A stretch of 32,000 nucleotides of DNA from Nostoc punctiforme PCC 73102 (lineage in GTDB: Bacteria; Cyanobacteriota; Cyanobacteriia; Cyanobacteriales; Nostocaceae). The stretch is from positions 7,260,001 through 7,292,000 of the forward strand of contig NC_010628.1 of NCBI RefSeq assembly GCF_000020025.1, given 5' to 3'. Of this stretch, positions 15,666-23,752 are shown one piece after another. The notes under the pieces were generated by a model, which saw only the letters and a list, made by a program, of their open reading frames with translations, was not told where the DNA came from and did not search any database. The first letter of the stretch is position 1. Each line of letters opens with the position of its first letter. The position numbers and the translations under genes are program-made.

Positions 15666-18620
15666 GTGTCGAAAATGATGACAAATACAACCGTTGATAT
15701 TCAAGAATTTATTGCTGATTTGTTTCCTTTCAATTATCTGTCACCAAATGTTTTAGAAAATTTGCTCAACAAAGTGCAATTTTGTCGCTATCGCATCGGG
15801 CAAGTAATAGTAGCACGGGAAGCTATGCCCGATCGGATTAGTATTATCTACCAGGGACAAGCGCGTTTATTAGCCTACAATTCCCAAGGACAAAATCCGG
15901 CGACACTGAAGTTGCTCTCATCAGGTGAGGTTTTGGGTTGGGTAAGTCATGTGCGGGGGATTGCTTGTGAAACTGCGATCGCTTCTACTGAAGTTATCAC
16001 CTTTAATCTGGCGATCGCTGATTTTCTCGCATTGATTCAACAGGAGAAGGCTTTTGCCGAAGCATTACATAATACTGCTTCCCTCATAGAAGTATATGAA
16101 CTGCTGATGGAAGAACTGAATCGTCGGGCAGATGGTAGCAGGAATTTAGTTAAGCTTGCTCGCACAGCAACTCAAGCAGCCGTTATTCAAACATTCCCAA
16201 CACGTAAAATATCTCTCCAGCAGTTAGATTCAGAATTATTGTGGTTAGTTAGCAGTAGTTCGAGTGCTTACTTTCCTGTAGGGAGTCGCTTAAAGTTAGA
16301 TGATATCAACCCCAAGCTGAAATTTAACGCAAGTATGCGTCTGGTGGGCTTACCTAAATCAATACTTGGAGAAAATCTTGCTCCTCCTACGTCAAAAACA
16401 CTGTTACCCGCAGAGATTCCCTACGCTTCAGAAATTACTGTCACAGAAGAACCAGCAGCTAAGGGTAAACAAAAGAAGTTTCCTTATATCAAAGGTAGAG
16501 GACCACTAGATGGTTCATTAGCTTGCTTCCAAATGTTGAGCCAATACTTTAACATCTCCTGGCGCAAAGATACACTACGCCGGGTGTTGACAAAGCAGCA
16601 AGAACAGAAGGGCACTATATCTCTGCAATTTTGCGCCGCCGCCGCTGAGTTGATGGGGTTGACAACACAGATGGTTAAAGTTCCCGCTACCGCAGTCGGA
16701 CGCTTGCAGTTACCAGTAATGATTTCTTGGCAAGATAGTTTTGCCATCATCTACAAAAATAGCGATCGAGAGTTACTCATTGCTGTTCCAGAGATGGGAC
16801 TACTGCGCTACAAATTACGAGACTTTGCGGAAAACTGGGGGGCTGAAGGAGAAGTTCTGCTGCTACAAACCACCAAAAATACTCCCAAGGCGCGGTTTAG
16901 TTTAAGTTGGTTTGTACCTTCACTGCGACGCTACCGCAAAGTATTAATTGAAGTACTAATTGCTTCCATTGTTATCCAACTGTTTGGGCTGGTAAATCCT
17001 CTGGCTACACAGGTGATTATTGATAAAGTATTGGTTGGCAATAGTCCTGATACCCTGGAAGTTTTCGGCATCTTTTTGCTGGTAGTTGCAGTCATCGAAG
17101 CAATACTTACCAGCGTTCGCACTCATTTATTTACAGATACCACCAACCGGATTGACCTCACCCTTGGTTCTGAGGTGATTAATCACTTGTTGCGTTTGCC
17201 TTTATCTTACTTTGAACGCCGCCCTGTGGGGGAATTGGCAACGCGAATCCACGAATTAGAAAACATCCGCTCTTTTTTAACTGGTACCGCTTTAACTGTA
17301 GTGATGGATGCTGTGTTTTCGGTGGTCTACATCGTAGTAATGGCGATTTACAGCCCAGTGTTGACATTAGTTGCTTTGGCAACAGTACCGCTATTTGGCT
17401 TGCTCAACTTGATGGTATCACCTTTGATGCGGCGACAATTGCAAGAGAAAGCTGAGTGCAATGCCGAGACGCAATCTTATTTAGTGGAAGTCATGGGGGG
17501 AATGCAGACAATCAAGGCGCAAAATTTAGAAATGCGATCGCGTTGGCAATGGCAAGAACGCTATGCTCGTTACATCAGCGCTGGTTTCAAAACAGTCTCT
17601 ACCCAAACTACCGCCAGTTCTATTAGCAGTTTTCTCAACAAGTTTTCCAGCATGTTAGTACTGTGGGTGGGAGCTTTTCTCGTCCTAAATCAGCACCTTA
17701 CCTTGGGACAACTCATCGCCTTTCGCATTCTTGCTGGTTATGTCACCAGTCCCTTGTTACGCCTGATGCAACTTTGGCAGAACTTCCAAGAAACCGCTCT
17801 ATCTCTGCAACGCCTTGCTGATATTTTAGACACTCCCCAAGAAACAGAAATCGGCAACTCTCAAAATATTCTCATGCCCAGTATTCAAGGTAGTGTCCGC
17901 TTTGAAAATCTCAGCTTCAGTTTCTCGGAAAACGGACCGATGCAACTGTGCAATATTAACTTAGACTTTCCGGCTGGCTCCTTTGTGGGAATTGTTGGTC
18001 AAAGCGGTTCCGGTAAAAGCACTCTGCTAAAATTGTTGCCTCGGCTTTATGAACCAAAGTCCGGCAAAATCTTGATTGATGGCTATGATATCAGCAAAGT
18101 AGAACTTTATTCTTTACGTCGTCAAATTGGTATGGTGTTACAAGATACCCTCTTGTTTGATGGCACAATTCGCGAAAACATTTCCTTGGGATATCCTGAT
18201 GCTAGCGATGAAGAAATTATTACTGCTGCCAAGGTAGCATTCGCCCACGACTTTATTATGTCTTTACCCAGTGGCTATAACACCCGCGTCGGCGAACGAG
18301 GTTCGGGACTGTCTGGGGGACAACGCCAAAGAGTCGCGATCGCTCGTACTGTTCTGCAAAATCCCCAATTACTGATTCTTGATGAAGCAACCAGTGCCTT
18401 AGATTACAATGCCGAAGCCCAAGTTTGCGGTAACTTAGCGAGAACTTTCCAAGATAAAACAGTATTTTTCATTACTCACCGCCTCAGCACAATTCGCAAT
18501 GCCGATGTAATTCTCATGATGGATCGAGGCGCTGTAGTAGAACAGGGAACTCATGAAGAATTGATGGCGCTCAAAGGTTATTACTACTGTCTGTATCAGC
18601 AACAGGAAGCGAAAGTGTAG
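15666..18620 (+). CDS. Type I secretion-type ABC exporter: N-terminal cNMP-binding-like domain, degenerate C39 peptidase-like domain, 6-TM domain and NBD
   Basis: 984 aa. The cNMP-like fold covers residues about 15-130. The C39-like region, about 272-402, aligns to CvaB (GSLACFQMLSQYF against CGLACLAMICGHF). The NBD has [30 protein letters not shown] and ITHRL. The start is either GTG 15666 or ATG 15675. Confidence 0.9.
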   Translation: MSKMMTNTTVDIQEFIADLFPFNYLSPNVLENLLNKVQFCRYRIGQVIVAREAMPDRISIIYQGQARLLAYNSQGQNPATLKLLSSGEVLGWVSHVRGIACETAIASTEVITFNLAIADFLALIQQEKAFAEALHNTASLIEVYELLMEELNRRADGSRNLVKLARTATQAAVIQTFPTRKISLQQLDSELLWLVSSSSSAYFPVGSRLKLDDINPKLKFNASMRLVGLPKSILGENLAPPTSKTLLPAEIPYASEITVTEEPAAKGKQKKFPYIKGRGPLDGSLACFQMLSQYFNISWRKDTLRRVLTKQQEQKGTISLQFCAAAAELMGLTTQMVKVPATAVGRLQLPVMISWQDSFAIIYKNSDRELLIAVPEMGLLRYKLRDFAENWGAEGEVLLLQTTKNTPKARFSLSWFVPSLRRYRKVLIEVLIASIVIQLFGLVNPLATQVIIDKVLVGNSPDTLEVFGIFLLVVAVIEAILTSVRTHLFTDTTNRIDLTLGSEVINHLLRLPLSYFERRPVGELATRIHELENIRSFLTGTALTVVMDAVFSVVYIVVMAIYSPVLTLVALATVPLFGLLNLMVSPLMRRQLQEKAECNAETQSYLVEVMGGMQTIKAQNLEMRSRWQWQERYARYISAGFKTVSTQTTASSISSFLNKFSSMLVLWVGAFLVLNQHLTLGQLIAFRILAGYVTSPLLRLMQLWQNFQETALSLQRLADILDTPQETEIGNSQNILMPSIQGSVRFENLSFSFSENGPMQLCNINLDFPAGSFVGIVGQSGSGKSTLLKLLPRLYEPKSGKILIDGYDISKVELYSLRRQIGMVLQDTLLFDGTIRENISLGYPDASDEEIITAAKVAFAHDFIMSLPSGYNTRVGERGSGLSGGQRQRVAIARTVLQNPQLLILDEATSALDYNAEAQVCGNLARTFQDKTVFFITHRLSTIRNADVILMMDRGAVVEQGTHEELMALKGYYYCLYQQQEAKV

Positions 18621-18632
18621 GCAGGAGGGAAG

Positions 18633-18660
18633 AGGCAACAGGCAACAGGCAATAGGCAGG
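18633..18660. repeat. STRR-like heptamer run (AGGCAAC x4, degenerate)
   Basis: aggcaac aggcaac aggcaat aggcagg, immediately after the ABC stop codon. Confidence 0.7.
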
Positions 18661-18675
18661 AATAAATACTATTGC

Positions 18676-18927
18676 TTCGACCTTTGAACTCGGAACTTCG
18701 ACCTTTGAACTTGGAAGTTGAGCCTTTTTGCTTGAAGGTTGAGCCTCTGAACTCGGAAGTTGCACCTTTTTACTTGAACGTTGAGCCTCTGAACTCGGAA
18801 ATTGAGCCTTTTTGCTCGAACGTTAAGCCTCTGAACTCGGAAGTTGCACCTTTTTGCTTGAACGTTGAGCCTTTGAACTCGGAAATTGCACCTTTTTGCT
18901 TGAACGTTGAGCTTCTCAACTAAGAAC
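18676..18927. repeat. Tandem array of 12 x 21 nt with alternating A/B units (42-nt superunit)
   Basis: The unit boundaries were mapped by hand. A-type units read ttgagcctctgaactcggaag and B-type units read ttgcacctttttgcttgaacg. Frames are open on both strands only because the period is 21 nt (7 codons). Confidence 0.9.
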
Positions 18928-18956
18928 TTTAACCTTAGCACTCCTAACTCTTGTAC

Positions 18957-18976
18957 AGACGCGATTCATCGCGTCT
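18957..18976. repeat. Dispersed hairpin repeat agacgcga-ttca-tcgcgtct
   Basis: An 8-bp perfect stem read directly from the sequence. From memory, this motif is common in Nostoc and Anabaena intergenic DNA. Confidence 0.6.
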
Positions 18977-18985
18977 CTCAACACT

Positions 18986-19020
18986 CCCCAATGCCCAATG
19001 TCCCATTCCCCATTCCCCCA
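18986..19020. repeat. C-rich heptamer run (CCCCAAT-like x5)
   Basis: ccccaat gcccaat gtcccat tccccat tccccca, ending 6 nt before the likely HlyD start. It is the complement of the gggaatt motif that begins the hairpin-repeat family. Confidence 0.65.
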
Positions 19021-19026
19021 TTTATT

Positions 19027-20529
19027 ATGAATATTCAATATAAATTCGATCAACCAGTTCTTTTACAACAAACCCCTACTTGGTCACGAGCGATCGCCTG
19101 GACTATTATCGGAGTTAGCACCTTCACAGTAATTTGGGCTTCAGTCTTCCAAATTGATGAATCAATTCATGCTACTGGCAAGTTAGAACCACAGGGTGCA
19201 GTCAAAGAAATTCAGGCTCCGGTTCATGGTGTTGTCAACGAAATTCTAGTCAAAGATGGTCAGCGAGTCAAAAAAGGTGAAACACTCATTACCCTAGAAA
19301 AAACTTCTTCTGAGGCGGAGTTAACTTCATTAAAGCAAAGTCGCGCGGCTCAGTTGCTTGCAAAACAGTCGCTAGAGCAAGAAAATGACTTCTATCGCCG
19401 TCAGCTTCAAGGGAGCATATCACTACAACAAGTGGCACAGCAAACTGCTCTGTTGAAAATTAAACCAGAACTAGCCTTTTTGACCAAAAGCCGAGCAGCG
19501 ATTATTGCCGAAAACCAGTTGTACCGGACACAATTAAACGGTGCGACTGCTGAAAGTCCTCTTACAAGAGAGCAACAGTTACGCTTGCGAAATCGCCAAA
19601 TAGAATTAGAATCACGTTTAGCCACAGCTAATTTAGAAACGGGACAGACACAACAGCAATTTTTCCAGACTCAGGCACAGTTAACTAGCGCTAAAGAGTT
19701 GCTGACAATTAATCAACAAATTCTTCGCAGGTTTGAACCTCTAGCACAGCAGGGGGCGATTTCCCAGGTGCAGTACTTGAAACAGCAACAGGATGTCAGC
19801 ACCAAACAAGCAGAAGTGATCCGATTGAATCGGGAACAGCAGCGATTACAATTAGCGATCGCACAGTCAAATGAAAAACTTCGCAATACTGCGGCTGTGT
19901 CTCAAGAAGACTTATTAGCCAAAATTACAGATAATGACAAAAAAATTGCCGAAATTGACAGCCAATTAACCAAAGTAATTGTAGATAATCAGAAACGCCT
20001 CTATGAAATTAATGGTCAGATTGGTGAGATTGAGAGTAAGTTAATCCAGGCACAACAAACTCTTAAATATCAGAAAATTACTGCACCTGTAGATGGTACT
20101 GTTTTTGAACTTAAAGCTAAAACAGCAGGATTTGTAATTAATTCTAGCGAACCGCTCCTAAAACTTGTTCCGAGTGATAATTTGGTTGCTAACGTATACA
20201 TCACTAACCGCGACATCGGTTTTGTCAGAGAAAGGCAACAAGTGGATGTAAGAATTGATTCCTTTCCCTTCCAAGAGTATGGTGACATCAAAGGCGAACT
20301 AATTGAGATTGGCTCTGATGCTTTACCTCCAGACCAAGTTTATAAATTCTGGCGTTTTTCCGCAAAAGTCCGCCTACATGGGCAGAAATTACTGATTAAT
20401 CAGCGTCAAATTCCATTGCAATCCGGGATGTCCATTGATGCTAATGTGAAATTGCGTCAGCGCACCATTATGAGTATCTTCACTGATTTCTTAGTTCAGA
20501 AGACTGAAAGCTTAAAATCTCTCCGTTGA
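19027..20529 (+). CDS. HlyD-family type I secretion membrane-fusion (periplasmic adaptor) protein
   Basis: It has an N-terminal TM segment (AIAWTIIGVSTFTVIWASVF), a lipoyl-like segment (GVVNEILVKDGQRVKKGETLITL), a long Q-rich coiled coil and a beta-barrel C-terminus. The track ORF begins at 18907 inside the repeats. ATG 19027 (MNIQYKF) is the plausible start. Confidence 0.85.
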   Translation: MNIQYKFDQPVLLQQTPTWSRAIAWTIIGVSTFTVIWASVFQIDESIHATGKLEPQGAVKEIQAPVHGVVNEILVKDGQRVKKGETLITLEKTSSEAELTSLKQSRAAQLLAKQSLEQENDFYRRQLQGSISLQQVAQQTALLKIKPELAFLTKSRAAIIAENQLYRTQLNGATAESPLTREQQLRLRNRQIELESRLATANLETGQTQQQFFQTQAQLTSAKELLTINQQILRRFEPLAQQGAISQVQYLKQQQDVSTKQAEVIRLNREQQRLQLAIAQSNEKLRNTAAVSQEDLLAKITDNDKKIAEIDSQLTKVIVDNQKRLYEINGQIGEIESKLIQAQQTLKYQKITAPVDGTVFELKAKTAGFVINSSEPLLKLVPSDNLVANVYITNRDIGFVRERQQVDVRIDSFPFQEYGDIKGELIEIGSDALPPDQVYKFWRFSAKVRLHGQKLLINQRQIPLQSGMSIDANVKLRQRTIMSIFTDFLVQKTESLKSLR

Positions 20530-20573
20530 ACAAAGTCCTCAACCTTGTACTGTTACTTCAAAAACATTATTAC

Positions 20574-21860
20574 TCAGGAATCAATATCAATACAAATCAC
20601 TGTAACGTATGGATTAATTACTGATTCAGGTATATCAATTGTTAATTCTCCTAATGGATTGGGATTAAGAATAGAATCTATAATTGCACAGCGACTTGTG
20701 TAGGTTAGTGCTGTGCTATCAGCAAGAACAAATACTGATTTTACCCGTTTGATTGGTATACCCCTAACTGATATTGTTTCGTAAGGTTTCATTAATAGGT
20801 GTAGATAAATGCGATCGCCTCCGGCACGCGAAGCGCGAACGCCCTTACGAGTTGAGGGGCCATAAAATTGCCACGGTTCTAACCCTGGGGTTGTATCAAG
20901 TATACTTTCACTGTGGCTCTCCATCCAATCTGCTATATCTTTGAGACGCTCTAACTGCTCAGGAGGGATTTGTCCATTACCCATTGGGCTAACATTGAGC
21001 AAAAGATTGCCTCCTTTGCCTGCTACTTCGCAAAGGGTATGAATTAGCTGACGAGATGACTTGAAGCAATGATCGTCTGAATTATATCCCCAACTTTCAT
21101 TAATAGTCAGACAAGTTTCCCAAGGATGATCGGGTGGATGAGGCGGAATAAACTGTTCAGGAGTTTCAAAGTCTCCACAATTTGGAAGACGATCGTTAAT
21201 GAGAATATTCGGTTGTAAATCACGAATCATTTTTGCTAAATTTTGAGCCTGCCATTGCTCTGGAGTGCGTTCCCAACTTCCGTCAAACCAAATGATGTCA
21301 ATTTGACCATAGTTGGTCAATAATTCTCGGATCTGATTGAACATAAATTGGATATATCGCTCCCACTGTTGCGCTGTAGGTTGAGGTAGCTGGTCAAAGC
21401 GATAAGGTTTAGCTGCTTCTGTAAAAGCCGGATAGTCTGGATGATGCCAGTCACTAAGCGAAAAATAAAGACCAATACGCAATCCGACAGAGCGCATCGC
21501 TTCGATATATTCACGTACAATATCTTTTTTGTAAGGTGCAGATGCAATTGAAAAGTCTGATTCTTGGGTATGGAATAGGGCAAAACCATTATGATGCTTG
21601 GCTGTTAATATGGCATATTTCATTCCGAGACTTTTTGCTAAATGTGCCCATTCTTGAGGATTGTATTGCTGTGGATTGAAAGTATTAGCTGTGTAGTGAT
21701 ATCTCTCAACTGGAATATCTTTGCAAAAAGGAAGGCTGAATACACCCCCAACTAACGGCCAAGATAACTCACATCCTTGTTGAGAACTATGTCCCCAATG
21801 AATAAACATCCCCAATCGAGCTGTATCAAACCAGTTATTCATCATGGTGAAATTTGGCAA
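20574..21860 (-). CDS. Alpha-L-fucosidase (GH29)
   Basis: 428 aa. GH29 hallmarks are FDTARLGMFIHWG and YAILTAKHHNGFALFHT. No signal peptide is visible. An alternative start is at 21845. Confidence 0.85.
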   Translation of the reverse strand: MPNFTMMNNWFDTARLGMFIHWGHSSQQGCELSWPLVGGVFSLPFCKDIPVERYHYTANTFNPQQYNPQEWAHLAKSLGMKYAILTAKHHNGFALFHTQESDFSIASAPYKKDIVREYIEAMRSVGLRIGLYFSLSDWHHPDYPAFTEAAKPYRFDQLPQPTAQQWERYIQFMFNQIRELLTNYGQIDIIWFDGSWERTPEQWQAQNLAKMIRDLQPNILINDRLPNCGDFETPEQFIPPHPPDHPWETCLTINESWGYNSDDHCFKSSRQLIHTLCEVAGKGGNLLLNVSPMGNGQIPPEQLERLKDIADWMESHSESILDTTPGLEPWQFYGPSTRKGVRASRAGGDRIYLHLLMKPYETISVRGIPIKRVKSVFVLADSTALTYTSRCAIIDSILNPNPLGELTIDIPESVINPYVTVICIDIDS

Positions 21861-21939
21861 TAATTCTACTTAATTAGGAGAAATAGCTCCCTTTGCATCT
21901 TAGTATATATACAGTTTTTGGTTGTTATTATTTGTTAGC

Positions 21940-22150
21940 TGAGGTGAAAATGCGTAGGCGTAGCCTGCACTTCTCTACGAGACGCTCCGCGTTAAGCGTA
22001 GCTATGCCGCAGGCTTTACGACATGGTTCGACTCCGCTCACCAGCCGCTCAGTGACCACCGCAGGCATCGCTATAAAGTGGGGCGTAGCTCCTCGCCCCT
22101 TTTCCTCAGAACTAGAGACAAGCGCTTGCTTGTCGTGGGTATAGCGTCGT
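21940..22150. repeat. Mosaic of short dispersed cyanobacterial repeats
   Basis: It contains gcgtaggcgtagc, tacgagacgctccgcgt and ggttcgactccgctcacc. The related string ttcgcgtagcgt recurs at 5685 and 26746. The 83-aa track ORF here is rejected. Confidence 0.5.
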
Positions 22151-22304
22151 AGGGCGTTACAATGCAGGGTCTTTTTCTAGCATCTTGTTGGCTGTTAGGG
22201 AGTTAGGTTTCTGAAGCCGACTGTTTAAATTTAAGTGAATAAGGAAAAAACTATGAATAATTCCGCTACAGTCTTATTTAAAATCAACTTTATTCTTTTT
22301 ACAA

Positions 22305-23747
22305 ATGAATATAGAAGAAGCATTAGTAATTCTAGATACATTTATTGAACATGGCTTAAGTGATGTTCAGGAAATAATATTTCGTCAGGCTTGGGAAGGA
22401 AAAACTTATCCAGATATCGCCGAAAGCTGTGGTTATGATGCAAATTATATAAAAGATGTTGGTTCTAAGTTATGGAAGTTACTTTCACAAGCTTTTGGGG
22501 AGGAGGTGACAAAAAGTAATTTTCGCTCAGTATTGAGGCGGCGAAGCCTCCGGCAGGCTTTGCCTACGCAAAATAGCGTTTTGTCAGAAAAACTACAAAC
22601 TGTGCCAGCAGTCTTGAGACAGTCTCAGCAAACAAGCACAGGGAAAGATAGGATATCAGCATCTTCTTTAGCGATCGAAAAGCAAGACGAGAGAAAAACC
22701 CCAGTCCTTAATTCCGACTTCTTAGAAATTCCTGGTGGCTCGGTGCCGCTCAATTCCTTTTTTTACATAGAGCGTCCGCCAATTGAAGAACGCACATATA
22801 CAGAAATTAATAAACCTGGAAGCCTAATCAGAATCAAAGCCCCCAGCAAAATGGGAAAAACCTCCCTAATGCACAGAATTCTTACTCATGCTAAACAGAC
22901 TAGGGTACACACCGTACAGATCGGTTTACAGAGGGCAGATAGTCAAGTTTTCACCAGCTTGGAAAAATTCTTACGCTGGTTTTGTGCTAACGTCAGTCGG
23001 CAGTTGAACCTAGAAATCAGACTAGATGATTATTGGGATGAAGATATTGGTAGCAAAGTTAGCTGCACATTGTATTTACAAGAGTATTTGCTAGAGAAAA
23101 TCGACGCTCCGGTAGTCTTAGCTTTGGATGAAGTGAATCGAATTTTCGAGTATCCAGAAATCTCTAGGGATTTTCTGCCGCTACTGCGTTCTTGGTATGA
23201 AGATGCTTCCGAATTAGAAATCTGGCGAAAACTCCGATTACTAGTTGTCCATGCCACTGAAGCTTATATTCCGTTAGATATTAATCAATCCCCTTTTAAT
23301 GTGGGACTACCGATTAAGTTACCAGAATTTAGTTTAGAGCAGATGCAGGAATTAGCAGTGCGTCATGGACTCGATTGGGCTAAAGGTGAGAAAGGATTGG
23401 AAAAGCTGGCTCCTCTACTAGCGATGATTGGTGGACATCCCTATCTAGCTCGTCTGGCTCTTTATAACCTGGGACATGAAGAAGTAACTCTAGAGCAACT
23501 ACTAAACGAGGCTCCCACAATTGCCGGTATCTATAGCAACTATTTACGGCAGCATCTAGCCAATCTCCAAGAACATCCAGAATTAGCAACAGCACTCAAA
23601 CGGGTAGTTACCTCTCCAACAAGCGTGCAATTAGAAGCGATCGCTGCCTACAAATTAGAAAGTATGGGTCTGGTAAAACTTGAAGGAAATCAAGCAATAC
23701 CTAGCTGTGAGTTGTATCGGCTCTATTTCCAAGAGCATTTAGGCTAA
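22305..23747 (+). CDS. HTH-containing AAA-like (STAND/ORC-like) NTPase
   Basis: 480 aa. An N-terminal module of about 80 aa (LSDVQEIIFRQAWEGKTYPDIAESCGYDANYIKDVGSKLWKLLSQAFGEEV) resembles a sigma-70 region 4 or LuxR-type HTH. It is followed by a low-complexity linker, Walker A (APSKMGKT), Walker B (VVLALDE) and a C-terminal wHTH-like segment (MGLVKLEGNQAIPSCELYRLYF). Confidence 0.75.
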   Translation: MNIEEALVILDTFIEHGLSDVQEIIFRQAWEGKTYPDIAESCGYDANYIKDVGSKLWKLLSQAFGEEVTKSNFRSVLRRRSLRQALPTQNSVLSEKLQTVPAVLRQSQQTSTGKDRISASSLAIEKQDERKTPVLNSDFLEIPGGSVPLNSFFYIERPPIEERTYTEINKPGSLIRIKAPSKMGKTSLMHRILTHAKQTRVHTVQIGLQRADSQVFTSLEKFLRWFCANVSRQLNLEIRLDDYWDEDIGSKVSCTLYLQEYLLEKIDAPVVLALDEVNRIFEYPEISRDFLPLLRSWYEDASELEIWRKLRLLVVHATEAYIPLDINQSPFNVGLPIKLPEFSLEQMQELAVRHGLDWAKGEKGLEKLAPLLAMIGGHPYLARLALYNLGHEEVTLEQLLNEAPTIAGIYSNYLRQHLANLQEHPELATALKRVVTSPTSVQLEAIAAYKLESMGLVKLEGNQAIPSCELYRLYFQEHLG

Positions 23748-23752
23748 ATGCA

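Noticed and set aside
18669-18941. Overlapping ORFs on both strands (90 aa and 83 aa) have heptad-repeat translations (LNVQAKR.., VEPLNSE..).
   Set aside because: The frames are open only because the DNA is a 21-nt (7-codon) tandem repeat. Both strands being open at once is the signature of a repeat artefact. The plus-strand ORF would need a TTG start with no ribosome-binding context.
21893-22144. An 83-aa ORF, and a tRNA-like GGTTCGACTCC string suggesting a tRNA or tmRNA T-arm.
   Set aside because: The bases flanking TTCGACT (catgg / ccgct) are not complementary, so no T-stem forms, and no acceptor or anticodon arms are evident. The region is a patchwork of dispersed repeats, and the ORF translation is Arg/Ser/Ala-rich low complexity.
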